This document shows positions 38,891 through 48,585 of a DNA stretch of 64,000 bases, piece after piece. The position numbers and the translations under genes are program-made. The DNA comes from Tepidisphaera sp. Its GTDB lineage: Bacteria; Planctomycetota; Phycisphaerae; Phycisphaerales; UBA1924. The stretch's first letter is position 1. The number at the start of each line of letters is the position of its first letter. Below the pieces are notes generated by a model. The model worked only from the letters and a program-made list of their open reading frames with translations, did no database searches and was not told where the DNA came from. The stretch spans positions 3,296,001 through 3,360,000 of the forward strand of contig CP051526.1 of assembly GCA_050916045.1 (NCBI GenBank), written 5' to 3'.

Positions 38891-39547
38891 TTACTCGCAG
38901 ATGATCCGAGCCGCGGCGGTCATGGCCATCGAGACGGACGGCTGTCCCTTGGCTTGCACGGCGATGGATTGCGCCGTGGGTTCGACGCTGACGATGGTGG
39001 CGACCGATCCGGGCTTGAGCCCGTGCCTCGCGACAAAGGACAGAAAGGCGGAGTCCTGATCAAGAATCCGAACGATCCGGACCTTGGACCCGCAAGCGAA
39101 CGACGAAAGCGGTTCGCCGCCGGAAGGTCGGGTTTTGCCGAGAGCGTCCGGGATCGGGTCGCCGTGCGGATCGATCGAAGGGTGACCGAGGTGGGCGTCG
39201 AGCGCTTCGAGCACGACCGGCGAGATCGCGTGCTCGAGGCGTTCGGCTTCGGCGTGGACCGCGGACCAGTCGAGCTTGAGGGTCTGGACGAGGAAGGTCT
39301 CGACGATCCGGTGCCGGCGGAGGATGTCGAGAGCCGCACGCTCACCCTTGGGCGTCAGCCGGACGCCACCGAAACGCTCGTACCTGGCGAGCTTGGAAGC
39401 GGCGAGTTTTTTGACCATGGTGGTCGCGGTGCCGGTGGTGACGCCGACGAGAGCGGCGATCCTGGACATCCCGGCTTCGCCCGCGGGTGACTCGCCGCAG
39501 AGGGTGTAGACGGCTTTCAAGTAGTTCTCGACGGTTTCAGAGGCCAC
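38891..39547 (-). CDS. mntR: DtxR/MntR/TroR-family metal-dependent repressor with C-terminal FeoA domain
   Basis: ENYLKAVY, HTH, RRHRIVETFL, VHAEAERLEH, DPHGDPIP. GTG at 39547 is preceded by GGGGAGG. Confidence 0.9.
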   Translation of the reverse strand: MASETVENYLKAVYTLCGESPAGEAGMSRIAALVGVTTGTATTMVKKLAASKLARYERFGGVRLTPKGERAALDILRRHRIVETFLVQTLKLDWSAVHAEAERLEHAISPVVLEALDAHLGHPSIDPHGDPIPDALGKTRPSGGEPLSSFACGSKVRIVRILDQDSAFLSFVARHGLKPGSVATIVSVEPTAQSIAVQAKGQPSVSMAMTAAARIICE

Positions 39548-39612
39548 GGGCGCCTCCCCCCGATCCGGGACTCCTCCGATCAAGCGGCTTTCCGGACCCG
39601 GCGGAGGTGTTC

Positions 39613-39641
39613 TTGACACCAACGGCCGTGCCGAATAAGTT
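39613..39641 (+). promoter_or_regulatory. Sigma-70 promoter of the metal ABC operon
   Basis: TTGACA (39613-39618) - 17 nt - TAAGTT (39636-39641). Confidence 0.75.
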
Positions 39642-39655
39642 TGAGTGCTCAAACT
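39638..39655. promoter_or_regulatory. Putative MntR/TroR operator
   Basis: Perfect inverted repeat AGTTTGAG-TG-CTCAAACT overlapping the -10 box, between the divergent repressor and transporter. Confidence 0.8.
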
Positions 39656-39776
39656 GGCCGATTGGAGAGGTCATGGTACACGTGTTTGCCATCTCGCAGA
39701 GATTGTACCGCCCGACGGTCGCAGCGGCCAAGGCGCACAACCAAAACAAAGCGGGAATGGTCCCAAGGAGCGTGTC

Positions 39777-40814
39777 ATGCGGGAACTGACGCGACGGGCT
39801 GTCCTGCGGCTAACGGGTGTCGCGGCGGCGGCCGCGCTCGGGGTTGCCGCGCTCACGCTCGGATCATGCGAGCGGCCCTCGGCAAAGCCCGATACGAAAC
39901 TCGACCGGAAGCTCGGGATCGTGGCGACGACGGGCATGGTGGGCGACCTCGCCGTCAATATCGGTGGCGACCGGGTCAGCGTGCGGAGCATCATGGGCGA
40001 GGGGATCGATCCTCACCTCTATAAAGCGTCTCCCGGCGACGTCCGGCTGATGAGCGATGCGGACATGATCCTCTTCAGCGGGCTTCACCTCGAGGGCCGC
40101 ATGGCGGACCTCATCGTGAAGATGGCCGGGCGCGGCTCGGTGGTTCAGGTGACCGACACCATCGATGAGAAGCTGCTCAGAGAGCCCCCCGAGTTCGCCG
40201 GGCATTTCGACCCTCACGTCTGGTTCGACGTCTCGCTTTGGTCGACCGCGGCGGTCAGGGTCAGGGATGCGCTGATCGAGAAGGACGCACCGGGCAAGGA
40301 TGTGTACACGAAGAACGCGGAGAGCTTCACGGCGCTTCTCGCGGAGCTTCACCAGTACGCCAAGGACACGCTGGGCACGATTCCGAAAGAGAGTCGGGTG
40401 ATGGTGACGGCGCACGACGCGTTCGGCTACTTCGGGAGCGCGTACGGGCTTGAGGTTCTCGCCATCCAGGGGATCAGCACCGACAGCGAAGCCAGCTTGC
40501 AGGACATCAACGCGCTCGTCGACATTCTGGTATCCCGGAAGGTGCCGGCGGTCTTCATTGAGAGCAGCGTTCCGCGCAAGACCGTCGATGCGCTCATCGA
40601 AGGCTGCAAAGCCAAGAACCACGACGTCGTCATCGGCGGCGAGCTTTTCAGCGATGCCATGGGCAAGCCGGGCACGATGGAGGGCACCTACGTCGGGATG
40701 GTCCTCCATAACGTCGACACGGTGGCGAAAGCCCTCGGGGGGCGGGTGCCGGAGATCAAGCCCGGCCGGATCGGCGAATGGATGAAGCGATTCAGCGAGA
40801 AAGCCGGATCATGA
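39777..40814 (+). CDS. troA: Mn/Zn ABC transporter substrate-binding lipoprotein (TroA-like)
   Basis: Lipobox [31 protein letters not shown] (His/His/His/Asp ligands); SD AAGGAG. Confidence 0.92.
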   Translation: MRELTRRAVLRLTGVAAAAALGVAALTLGSCERPSAKPDTKLDRKLGIVATTGMVGDLAVNIGGDRVSVRSIMGEGIDPHLYKASPGDVRLMSDADMILFSGLHLEGRMADLIVKMAGRGSVVQVTDTIDEKLLREPPEFAGHFDPHVWFDVSLWSTAAVRVRDALIEKDAPGKDVYTKNAESFTALLAELHQYAKDTLGTIPKESRVMVTAHDAFGYFGSAYGLEVLAIQGISTDSEASLQDINALVDILVSRKVPAVFIESSVPRKTVDALIEGCKAKNHDVVIGGELFSDAMGKPGTMEGTYVGMVLHNVDTVAKALGGRVPEIKPGRIGEWMKRFSEKAGS

Positions 40815-41623
40815 TGCCCACAACCGCTCCGAACTCGGTGCCGCCGGTGACACCCGACGAGATCTGCGTGGATGTGCACGACGTCACCGTCGCGTACCAC
40901 CGCAAGCCGGTGCTTTGGGATGTCGATCTCACGCTTCCCGCCCGACATCTCATCGCGATCGTGGGCCCCAACGGTGCGGGGAAGTCGACGCTCCTGAAAG
41001 CCATCCTCGGGCTCGTGCCGCTGGCCAGCGGGGAGATCAGGATCTTCGGCAAGCCGCTCAAGCAGGCCCGTTCGCTGATCGGGTATGTGCCGCAGCGTGA
41101 GACGGTGGACTGGGACTTTCCGGTGAACGCGCTCGATGTGGTGTTGATGGGGCGGTACGGCCGGTTGGGGTGGATCCGCAGGCCGGGAAGGGCGGATCGC
41201 GACGCCGCGCTGGCGAGCCTGCACAAGGTCGGGATGGCGGACTTTGCTTCGCGGCAGATCAGCCAGCTTTCGGGCGGGCAGCAGCAACGGGTGTTCCTCG
41301 CTCGCGCGCTCGCCCAGGATGCGCGGCTTTACTTCATGGATGAGCCCTTCGCCGGGGTGGACGCGGCGACGGAGAAAGCGATCGTGGAGGTGCTCCGCGA
41401 GCTCCGCGGCGCGGGAAAGACCGTGGTCGCGGTGCATCACGATCTTCAGACGGTGCCCGAGTACTTCGACCATGTCGCGCTGCTGAACATGCGGCTGGTC
41501 GCGGCGGGGCCGGTGGACACGACCTTCACACCCAAGAACCTCCAGCAGACCTACGGCGGGCGCCTCACGCTTCTGGACGAGGCGGCGGAGGCGGTCCGTC
41601 GCGGAACGCCCTCAGGACGATAA
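40811..41623 (+). CDS. troB: Mn/Zn ABC transporter ATPase
   Basis: [38 protein letters not shown]. Confidence 0.95.
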   Translation: MMPTTAPNSVPPVTPDEICVDVHDVTVAYHRKPVLWDVDLTLPARHLIAIVGPNGAGKSTLLKAILGLVPLASGEIRIFGKPLKQARSLIGYVPQRETVDWDFPVNALDVVLMGRYGRLGWIRRPGRADRDAALASLHKVGMADFASRQISQLSGGQQQRVFLARALAQDARLYFMDEPFAGVDAATEKAIVEVLRELRGAGKTVVAVHHDLQTVPEYFDHVALLNMRLVAAGPVDTTFTPKNLQQTYGGRLTLLDEAAEAVRRGTPSGR

Positions 41624-41643
41624 CGAAAGCGGATCAGATCACC

Positions 41644-42990
41644 GTGCTCGAGCAACTCCTCAGACTGCTGACCTTTCAGGACGCGAACACGCGGATCGTG
41701 CTGATCGGCACGACGATCCTCGGGGTGGCGTCGGCCGTCATCGGGGCGTTCGCGGTGCTTCGCAAGCAGGCGCTGGTGGGCGACGCGGTGGCGCACGCGG
41801 CGCTTCCGGGGATCTGCCTTGCGTTCTGGGTCGTGGGTGATCGCAACTTCGCCGCGTTCATGGTCGGTGCCCTCATATTCGGCTTGATCGCCGCTGCGTT
41901 TGTCGCGTTTGTGCGCTCGGCGACGCGGATCAAGGAGGACGCGGCGATCGGCCTTGCGATCGGCGGGTTCTTCGGCCTGGGCATCGTGCTTTCGAGGGTG
42001 ATTCAGAACGACGCCTCGGGAAACCGGGCGGGGTTGGACAGCTTCATCTTCGGGAAAGCGGCGAGCATGGTGACCGGCGATGCGAAGCTGATCGCGATCG
42101 TGGCCGGCGTGGTGCTCGCTATGGTCGGGCTGCTCTACAAGGAATTCAAGGTTCTGAGCTTTGATCGCGGGTTCGCCGAGAGCCAGGGCTGGCCGGTGGT
42201 TCCGCTGGACCTGACGATCATGCTGCTGATCTGCGTGTGCACGGTCGTGGGCCTGCCGGCGGTGGGCGTGGTGCTGATGGTGTCGCTTCTGGTCATTCCA
42301 CCGGCGGCGGCACGATTCTGGACTGACAAACTGGGAACGATGGTGGTTCTTTCGGGGGTCTTCGGGGGTCTTGCCGGGATGCTCGGCACGGCGCTGAGCG
42401 CGACGATCCCCGCGCCGGTCTCCGGCCTGACGCGGGGGTGGCCGACGGGACCGCTGATCACGCTGACGGCGGCGGCGATCTTCATGGTGTCGATGTTCGC
42501 AGCGCCGCGGCGCGGGATCGTCGGCGAGATGGCGCGGCGGATTCTGCTCCGGCGTCGCGTGGCGCGGCAGAACCTGCTGCGGCGGGTCTATGAGGCGCTC
42601 GAGCCGGGCGGGGATCTCTCACGCGGCTGGAGCATCGACAACCTCGACGCGACGAGCGATCGCGAGCGCCGGGCGGTCGGACGCGAAGTTCATCGCGCGA
42701 CGCGGGCCGGCCTCGTCGCTCCCACGGGCACGGGGTGGGTGCTGACGGCGCGTGGTCAAGCCGCCGCTTCGCGGATCGTGAGGGCGCACCGGCTTTGGGA
42801 GATCTTCCTCATCACGCAGGCGGGGATCGCTCCGGACCGCGTGGACCGGGACGCCGACGAGATCGAGCACGTCCTGCCTCCCGAGACGCTTGCGGATCTC
42901 GAAGCCCGGCTTGCGGAAGCGGGACGGGTCCCGCTCGGGCCGCCGACTCCGCCCTCCCCCCACTCCTCCGCCGGCGCGATGGTGAACTGA
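41644..42990 (+). CDS. troC: Mn/Zn ABC permease with C-terminal DtxR-like domain
   Basis: LVGDAVAHAALPG, KEDAAIG; C-terminal LTARG...RAHRLWEIFL...ADEIEH. Confidence 0.9.
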   Translation: MLEQLLRLLTFQDANTRIVLIGTTILGVASAVIGAFAVLRKQALVGDAVAHAALPGICLAFWVVGDRNFAAFMVGALIFGLIAAAFVAFVRSATRIKEDAAIGLAIGGFFGLGIVLSRVIQNDASGNRAGLDSFIFGKAASMVTGDAKLIAIVAGVVLAMVGLLYKEFKVLSFDRGFAESQGWPVVPLDLTIMLLICVCTVVGLPAVGVVLMVSLLVIPPAAARFWTDKLGTMVVLSGVFGGLAGMLGTALSATIPAPVSGLTRGWPTGPLITLTAAAIFMVSMFAAPRRGIVGEMARRILLRRRVARQNLLRRVYEALEPGGDLSRGWSIDNLDATSDRERRAVGREVHRATRAGLVAPTGTGWVLTARGQAAASRIVRAHRLWEIFLITQAGIAPDRVDRDADEIEHVLPPETLADLEARLAEAGRVPLGPPTPPSPHSSAGAMVN

Positions 42991-42991
42991 C

Positions 42992-44416
42992 ATGCCGACA
43001 CGTTTGCTCATCCTTGTTGGCTTTCTCACGGGCGCCGCCTCGCTCGCGGGGATCGCCTCGGCGACGGAAGGGTCGGCGGCGGCGGCGGCTGCTTCTCGGG
43101 CGTGGTTGACGGTCGGCGGGTATGAGGTTCGGAGCGACGATCTGTGGGTCGCGGGCACGGCGGTGCTTTGCAGCGTGGCCTGCGGCGTGCTGGGGTGCTT
43201 TCTGGTACTTCGGCGGATGTCGCTGCTCGGGGACGCGATCTCGCACGCGATCCTTCCGGGGCTGGCGCTGGCGTTTCTGGTGACGCAGAGCCGGGCTCCG
43301 CTGCCGATGCTCGCGGGCGCGATGGTGGTAGGCATCGCGACGGCGTACCTCTCGGCGGGTCTGAACAGGTGGGGGCGGGTGTCCGAAGATTCGGCGATGG
43401 GCGTGGTCTTCACGTCGCTTTTCGCGATCGGCGTGGTGATGATCACGTGGGTGGCGCGGGATGTGGACCTTGACCCCGGCTGCGTGCTTTATGGGTTGAT
43501 TGAGTTCACGCCGTTCGACACGGTCACGATCGCAGGGGCGGAGGTTCCGCGGGCGTTCGCGTGGCTCGCGGCGGTGCTGGCGGTGAATCTGGCGTTGATC
43601 ACGATCTTCTACAAGGAGCTCAAGATCGTCTGCTTTGATCCGTACCTGGCGGCGACGATGGGGATCAGCGTGACGCTGGTGCATTACGGGCTGATGACGA
43701 CGGTCGCGGCGACGGCGGTCGCGTCGTTCGAGTCGGTGGGATCGATCCTGGTGGTCGCGATGCTGGTTGCGCCCGGAGCGACGGCCCACCTGCTCACGGA
43801 CAGGCTTTCGCGGATGCTGTGGCTCGCGGGCGTGGTCGCGGCGATGAGCGCGATCGCGGGGTACGTGCTGGCGGTGTGGGTTGACACGTCGGTCGCCGGG
43901 ATGATCGCGACGGCTTCGCTGGGGCTTTTCGTGCTTGCGGCACTTTTCGCGCCCCGGCACGGGTACGTGAGCAAGCAGGCTCGACAGTTCGCGCTTTCGA
44001 TGCGCATTGCGCAAGAGGACGCGCTCTGCATGCTGTATCGGTGGGATGAGCGCGGGAAGTCGAGAGCAGACGCGCCGGGCGAACCGCTGACTGGGCGCGA
44101 GCTCTCCGCGGGCATGCGTACGGGGTGGCTGGGGAAGGTTGCGGTGTGGATCCTGACCCGCCGCGGACTGGTCGAGAGGAAGGACGGCGGGCTGATCGCC
44201 ACGCCCGAGGGGCTCGCGCTCGCTGGCCGCATCGTCCGCGGGCACCGGCTCTGGGAGTCGTTCCTCGCGCGGCATCTTTCGCGACCGGCGGACCGCGTCC
44301 ACACCGGCGCCCATCGGGCGGAGCACTTTCTCTCCGAGCAGATTCAGTCCGACCTCGAGGAGGGCGGGACCGTGCGGACCGACCCGCACGGACGGTCGAT
44401 CCCTCCGTCTGCGTAG
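42992..44416 (+). CDS. troD: Mn/Zn ABC permease with C-terminal DtxR-like domain
   Basis: LLGDAISHAILPG, SEDSAMG, FDPYLA; C-terminal RGHRLWESFL...VHTGAHRAEH...DPHGRSIP. Confidence 0.9.
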   Translation: MPTRLLILVGFLTGAASLAGIASATEGSAAAAAASRAWLTVGGYEVRSDDLWVAGTAVLCSVACGVLGCFLVLRRMSLLGDAISHAILPGLALAFLVTQSRAPLPMLAGAMVVGIATAYLSAGLNRWGRVSEDSAMGVVFTSLFAIGVVMITWVARDVDLDPGCVLYGLIEFTPFDTVTIAGAEVPRAFAWLAAVLAVNLALITIFYKELKIVCFDPYLAATMGISVTLVHYGLMTTVAATAVASFESVGSILVVAMLVAPGATAHLLTDRLSRMLWLAGVVAAMSAIAGYVLAVWVDTSVAGMIATASLGLFVLAALFAPRHGYVSKQARQFALSMRIAQEDALCMLYRWDERGKSRADAPGEPLTGRELSAGMRTGWLGKVAVWILTRRGLVERKDGGLIATPEGLALAGRIVRGHRLWESFLARHLSRPADRVHTGAHRAEHFLSEQIQSDLEEGGTVRTDPHGRSIPPSA

Positions 44417-44443
44417 TGCTGTTCCCTTTCGCGCGACGACAGC

Positions 44444-44806
44444 TCAGCGGATCGGCTTGACGCGGATCTCAACCATCTCGGTCTCGACGAGCTTGCCCTC
44501 GATGTTGAGCATGCACTTGATCGTGTAGGTCCCGATCTCGGTGAACTTGATCCGGGCGACGCGGCCGGACTGCTCCTCGCTGAGGTCTCCGGCGGTGGTC
44601 GACCAGGTCACGCGAGCGTCGCGCCCATAAGTATCGTGGGTCCGAGCGACCACGGTCACGGTCTCGCCCACGACGATCTCACGCGAGGAGGGTTCGAGAG
44701 TGAGACCCGCGGTAGTCGCGCCTGAGCCGGAATAGGACGACTGGTTGCAGCCGGCCGCGGCCATTACCAGCAGGGCGGCGACGGCAAGATGCTTCGCTCG
44801 TTGCAT
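44444..44806 (-). CDS. Small lipoprotein with an Ig/PKD-like beta-sandwich
   Basis: Lipobox AAGC; VGETVTV...VTWS...GTYTI; SD AAGGAG. Confidence 0.7.
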   Translation of the reverse strand: MQRAKHLAVAALLVMAAAGCNQSSYSGSGATTAGLTLEPSSREIVVGETVTVVARTHDTYGRDARVTWSTTAGDLSEEQSGRVARIKFTEIGTYTIKCMLNIEGKLVETEMVEIRVKPIR

Positions 44807-45046
44807 AGAAACTCTCCTTTACGAATGTGTCGGTAGCTGAAGGTCACGACGGATCTGGTCCGTCGGGAACGTAGGTCATTCTGCGAGACGGTCGACGGCT
44901 CGCCGTGAATCGCAGATGAGACTCAGGTCATGCCCCTTGCTCGACGCCATGCGGGCGGCTCTCGCGGCGCAATGCCAGACTTGCCGCCACCTGACCTTCA
45001 CGTGGCGTTCATCGACCTCTCGCACATTCGCCAGGAGGTACACCCG

Positions 45047-45487
45047 ATGGCATCCACACACTCACTCTCGATCACTTCAGGCCCGGCGATTATCCCTGGG
45101 CCCGAAGCACCCGTTCAAGCACTCACACAAGGCGATGAGCCTATCAACGATCCGCTCAAGCAGCCGGCGTTCGCGGTGGAGATGCCGGGTTCGGCCACGC
45201 GGAACGCGGAGGAGATCCAGGCCATCAGCCCCGAGGGCATGCCCGCCGATCCGAAAGCCGGCCCCGGGGCGCTCTACCGGTACGTCATTCTCGGCGGCAT
45301 GCTGCTTGTCGTTCTCTCGCTCGCGTTGGTGCCTTTCATCGGCTGGGCGGCTTCGGTCATGGCGATGAGCTTCTCATTGATCGCCATGGCGATCAATCCC
45401 TCGGTGCTGAGCACGTTCCGCCGGGCGGACGAGCGTCGCCGCGTGCTTGAACACCGCGGCGAGACGAACGCATCGCATCATCCCTGA
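45047..45487 (+). CDS. Hypothetical two-TM membrane protein
   Basis: SD AGGAGG; disordered N-terminus then a hydrophobic hairpin. Confidence 0.65.
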   Translation: MASTHSLSITSGPAIIPGPEAPVQALTQGDEPINDPLKQPAFAVEMPGSATRNAEEIQAISPEGMPADPKAGPGALYRYVILGGMLLVVLSLALVPFIGWAASVMAMSFSLIAMAINPSVLSTFRRADERRRVLEHRGETNASHHP

Positions 45488-45603
45488 ACGCGACGCCGGC
45501 GAGCGGCCGATTGAACGAGCATGAGAGAAAACTCACTGAAACCACTGCTTCCGCGAGGCGCAGGTGCGCCATACTCCCTCTCGTCATCACCGAAAGGAAG
45601 ACC

Positions 45604-46095
45604 ATGAAGATCATGACCATGTCGGATCTGTACGTTGATCAGATCCAGGACATTCACAGCTGCGAACGGCAGCTCATCAAGACGCTGCCAAAGATGGCCA
45701 AGGCCGCAAGCCACCCTCAGCTTCGCGATGCGATCAACAAGCACCTGGTGGAAACCAAGGGCCAGCTTGAACGCCTGAACACCATCCTTGAGAGCCTCGG
45801 CAAGACCGCGGGGCGCAAGGTTTGCCGAGCGGCGGTCGGACTGATCGAGGAAGGCTCCGAGATCGTCGACGCTGAAGCGGACGAAGAGGTGCGAGACGCC
45901 GGCCTCATCTGCGCCGCCCAGAAGATCGAGCACTACGAGATCGCCACCTACGGATGTCTTCGCACCTATGCCCAGCTCCTGGGCCGAACGGCGGACGTCC
46001 GACTGCTCGAGAAGACGCTGAGCGAAGAGAAGAAGGCGGACGACTCGCTCACGACCCTCGCCACCGGGTTGATCAACGCCGAAGCCCTGTCCTGA
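45604..46095 (+). CDS. Ferritin-like DUF892 (YciE/YciF) stress protein
   Basis: QDIHSCERQL..LPKM, HLVET.GQ.ERL, GLIEEG, DAGLI.AAQKIEHYEIATYG. Confidence 0.93.
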   Translation: MKIMTMSDLYVDQIQDIHSCERQLIKTLPKMAKAASHPQLRDAINKHLVETKGQLERLNTILESLGKTAGRKVCRAAVGLIEEGSEIVDAEADEEVRDAGLICAAQKIEHYEIATYGCLRTYAQLLGRTADVRLLEKTLSEEKKADDSLTTLATGLINAEALS

Positions 46096-46169
46096 TCCAC
46101 GTGCATGAAACCCGGGTCCGAACCCGGTGCCCTTACCTCGCCGGCCCCGCCGGCACGGAGTTCCTCGCG

Positions 46170-46601
46170 ATGAATCCTCGAATCCTCATCACGTTCACGA
46201 TCGCGCTCGCCGCCGGCCTCGCCGGATGCGACAAGCGTGACAGCACCACGACTCGCCCGGCCAAAGCCACGGTCGAAAGCAAGCCACCGGCCCCGACCCC
46301 GTCACCCGACAACACGGCGAGCAACCGCAAGGACGCGCAGAACGACGCCAAGACGCCCATCGACCAGTCCGAATCCGCGGCGAGCATCCGGATCACCGCC
46401 GACATCCGCCGCGCCATCATGGAAGACACGAAGATGTCGGTCAACGCGCAGAACTGCAAGATCATCACCGACGAAGCCGGAGCCGTGACCCTCCGCGGCG
46501 TCGTCAACAGCCAGCAGGAACGCGACGCGATCGAAGCGAAAGCCAAAGCAACCGCCGGAGTCACGCGCATCGACAACCAGCTCGAGATCAAAGCTCCCTG
46601 A
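46170..46601 (+). CDS. BON-domain (OsmY-like) lipoprotein
   Basis: Lipobox LAGC; PDNT..N.KD, ITADIRRAI, VTLRGVV....E, GVTRIDNQLEI. Confidence 0.88.
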   Translation: MNPRILITFTIALAAGLAGCDKRDSTTTRPAKATVESKPPAPTPSPDNTASNRKDAQNDAKTPIDQSESAASIRITADIRRAIMEDTKMSVNAQNCKIITDEAGAVTLRGVVNSQQERDAIEAKAKATAGVTRIDNQLEIKAP

Positions 46602-46655
46602 CGCCAGCAAACGCTGACGACTCGGATCCCGACCAAGTTCCCCAAGGAGAATCCC

Positions 46656-47252
46656 ATGGCAACGTCCGTCTTTTGCATCGCACCTTCCCAGATGATCGCG
46701 AGCGACATCGTGTCGCGTCTCAAGAAATCCGGGTTCGCCGACAATGACATTTCCGTGCTCTTCCCCGACCGCTCAAGCTCGCGTGACTTCGCGCACGAGA
46801 AGAACACCAAGGCACCCGAGGGTGCGGCGGCCGGCGCGGGCGCTGGCGGCGTCGTCGGGGGCACGCTCGGCCTCCTCGCCGGCATCGGTCTGCTGGCCAT
46901 TCCTGGCGTGGGGCCCTTCATCGCCGCCGGCCCCATCATGGCGGCGCTCAGCGGCATCGCGGTTGGAGCCACCGTCGGAGGCATCAGCGGTGCGCTCATC
47001 GGGCTTGGCATCCCCGAGATCGAAGCCAAGCGGTACGCGGGCAAGATCAACGACGGCAACATCCTCATCTCCGTCCATGCCGAAAGCTCCGAGGAGATCA
47101 GCACCGCCAAACGCATCTTCGAGGAAGAACGCGCCTCGGACATCTCGACCGGATCTGAAGCAAGCGCTCCCGCCAAGGACACCTCGTTCGTTCCGAACGT
47201 CCGCACGACGCTCCAGAGGGACGCGTCTGTCCCCGACGGCTCCAAGCTCTGA
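46656..47252 (+). CDS. General stress protein (YflT/17M-like with glycine zipper)
   Basis: GFADNDISVL, HEKNTKAPEGAAAGAGAGGVVGG, IPGVGPFIAAGP, LIGLGIPE.EAKRY, GNILISVH; SD AAGGAG. Confidence 0.85.
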   Translation: MATSVFCIAPSQMIASDIVSRLKKSGFADNDISVLFPDRSSSRDFAHEKNTKAPEGAAAGAGAGGVVGGTLGLLAGIGLLAIPGVGPFIAAGPIMAALSGIAVGATVGGISGALIGLGIPEIEAKRYAGKINDGNILISVHAESSEEISTAKRIFEEERASDISTGSEASAPAKDTSFVPNVRTTLQRDASVPDGSKL

Positions 47253-47412
47253 TCGGACGTTCTGATCCCCGGTCGCCGGGGCTCAACACCGGGCATTCTC
47301 GTGAATTGGAATGCCTGGCTTTGTGATCACGATCTGCATCTCGCGCGTGGCGCGAGACGGGTGACCACCGCCGGCTTCGAAAGAACCGGCCCATTCCAGA
47401 AGGAAGACATCT

Positions 47413-47739
47413 ATGGCGAGCACAACCGCGAACACCGAATCTTCAAGCTTCAAGCAGGACATCCGCGACCTCGGCGACGGTGTCGGCGTCATCAAGGACG
47501 ATGTCAAGCACCTCGCGGGCAGCGCGATGAGCGCCGCACGTCACGGCGCGACCGAGCTCAAGCAGACCGCGCACGATGTCGCCGACTCCGCCAAGGAGAA
47601 GCTCACCCACGCCAAGGACGCGGCGGTCGAAGCCACCGAGTCCATGAAGGCGTGCGTCTCCCGGAACCCGCTCACCAGCCTCGCCATCGCGACGGCCGTC
47701 GGGCTCGTGATCGGAGTTCTCGTCCTCCGTCGGAAGTGA
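47413..47739 (+). CDS. DUF883 / YqjD-ElaB family protein
   Basis: Helical N-terminus; C-terminal VSRNPLTSLAIATAVGLVIGVLVLRRK anchor. Confidence 0.85.
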   Translation: MASTTANTESSSFKQDIRDLGDGVGVIKDDVKHLAGSAMSAARHGATELKQTAHDVADSAKEKLTHAKDAAVEATESMKACVSRNPLTSLAIATAVGLVIGVLVLRRK

Positions 47740-47760
47740 TCCCTTCCCACGGAGCTCCGC

Positions 47761-48081
47761 TTGAAGGTCATCTCACAGTTCATCGTGAAGGTCATGAACC
47801 TCCTTGAAGCCGAGGGCAGAACGCTGCTCGGCGCGGTTCAAGGCGAAGGACGCAAGCTCCGCGGTGTGGTCCGCGATCTGCTGGTCGGCGTCGCGTTTCT
47901 CGTTGTCTCCATACCCCTCCTGACCGCGGGCACCCTGCTGGTGGCGGCCGGAGCGATGTGGTGGCTGGAAGCGCACGTCGGCCGGCCGGCCGCCGCGCTC
48001 ATTTCCGGTCTGTTCCTTCTGGCCGTCGGCGGGGTCTGCGTTCTGGTCTTCAGAGCTTTCACGCGAGGGCCCCGGACATGA
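47761..48081 (+). CDS. YqjE-like two-TM protein (holin-superfamily annotation)
   Basis: LLEAE, two TM helices, position directly after DUF883 as in yqjD-yqjE. Confidence 0.65.
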   Translation: MKVISQFIVKVMNLLEAEGRTLLGAVQGEGRKLRGVVRDLLVGVAFLVVSIPLLTAGTLLVAAGAMWWLEAHVGRPAAALISGLFLLAVGGVCVLVFRAFTRGPRT

Positions 48082-48443
48082 GCCAGTTCCCTCCCCAGCC
48101 GCAGATGACACCCGCGGACGCCAAAGCCGAACTCCTGGCCTGGGCCGAAGCGACCGACGCTCGCAGCGCGGGCGCATCGGGCATGATCGGCGGGGCTGTC
48201 AAGACCGGCCTGGTCGTTCTTGCCGGCGTCCTTCTCGCCAAAGCCCTCCTCGGGCTGCGGCGTGCCAAGCCGGAATCGAACGTCAGCGGCACCCGCGTCA
48301 TCCACGCGGCTTTGATCGTGAAGGCGGCCACGTGGCTTCTGCCGCGCGCGATCCGATGGATTCGGGCGGCCACAAAGCCGGCAAGCGCCGCGGATACAAC
48401 AGCGAACAAGCCCGAGGGGGCGCTCCGGTCGTCGACGGCATGA
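48078..48443 (+). CDS. Hypothetical membrane protein (YqjK-like position)
   Basis: ATGA overlap with the previous gene; AKAELL, one TM, basic tail. Confidence 0.55.
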   Translation: MSQFPPQPQMTPADAKAELLAWAEATDARSAGASGMIGGAVKTGLVVLAGVLLAKALLGLRRAKPESNVSGTRVIHAALIVKAATWLLPRAIRWIRAATKPASAADTTANKPEGALRSSTA

Positions 48444-48585
48444 GGCGGTCCAACTCGGAGGAGCGGACCAACTCGCGGAGCTTTCTGCGAGGCGAGCCCG
48501 CTTCACGGAGGCGTGCATGCGGACGGGGCCGCTCCATCGTAAGAGCGGGGGCGGACGCTGATGCGTCACACCCCACTCTCTTCTC

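Noticed and set aside
47311..47340. CRP/FNR-like half-site TTGTGATCACGATC upstream of DUF883
   Set aside because: The second half-site is poor and no matching motif recurs upstream of other island genes.
47761..48081. Holin-like gene as prophage evidence
   Set aside because: Context is a yqjD-yqjE-like stress cluster; no endolysin or structural genes.
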